The position numbers and the translations under genes are program-made. The notes beneath the pieces are model-generated. The model had not been told where the DNA came from. It did not search any database and saw nothing but the letters and a program-made list of their open reading frames with translations. Below, one piece after another: positions 63,723 to 64,000 of a stretch of DNA of 64,000 nt; positions within the stretch are counted from its first letter, which is position 1, and the number at the start of each line of letters is the position of its first letter. Source of the stretch: Octopus bimaculoides (lineage: Eukaryota); the NCBI RefSeq assembly GCF_001194135.2, contig NC_068990.1:68800653-68864652 (forward strand), written 5' to 3'.

Positions 63723-64000
63723 TCCTTGTCTGAAGTCAAGATTTTCCTCATCGATAGATAAAAATTCTCTCCTCGACTCTTATTTTCTTCTACATTCCTA
63801 TCGCAATACGAAGACTTTTGAGCGATGTAATTGCGTCTTCTTTTCACTGTTCCAGTTTCTCTGTTTTTAGCTTCATTTGATTTTAGTTTTAATCTTTACA
63901 AGTAAAAAAAAAAGACACAGAGTTTATATGTAAGCATATGTAGGTATACTTGTTGGATGTCTGTATTTAGGCACTACACACACACACACACACACATATA

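Noticed and set aside
63600-63735. Asp/Asn-rich acidic peptide
   Set aside because: A degenerate (GAT)n microsatellite next to SINEs, with no splice or homology support.

Overview
AT-rich, repeat-dense eukaryotic genomic DNA, intronic or intergenic. It contains 14 N-gaps, almost all abutting microsatellites, which points to a short-read assembly. The tRNA-derived SINE families and the (TA)n/(CA)n/(TAGA)n/(TAA)n load resemble an octopus (coleoid cephalopod) genome; this is recognition from memory, not a search result. No intact protein-coding gene can be supported: the ORF track is essentially all microsatellite, SINE or N-gap artefact. Supported content: many copies of at least four SINE families (labelled A-D here); decayed coding relics of RTE-clade LINEs (14.5-15.6 kb, 35.7-36.0 kb), a Penelope GIY-YIG endonuclease (9.6-9.9 kb) and a Tc1 transposase with D34E spacing (37.4-37.8 kb); a Helentron-like non-autonomous element (58.4-58.75 kb); and a (TAA)n-flanked 540-bp element (41 kb). 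The main discovery candidate is at 36.5-37.0 kb. Two diverged ~200-bp direct repeats, 319 nt apart, each carry a type I hammerhead ribozyme fold. The second copy (36847-36917) has a complete catalytic core, an extended stem I and an AUC cleavage triplet. This layout matches a non-LTR retrozyme (small self-cleaving, circRNA-producing retroelement). Weaker hammerhead-like relics lie at 33.9, 34.6 and 53.0 kb. A second, unrelated and highly structured 358-bp-period repeat of unknown type lies at 56.0-56.6 kb.
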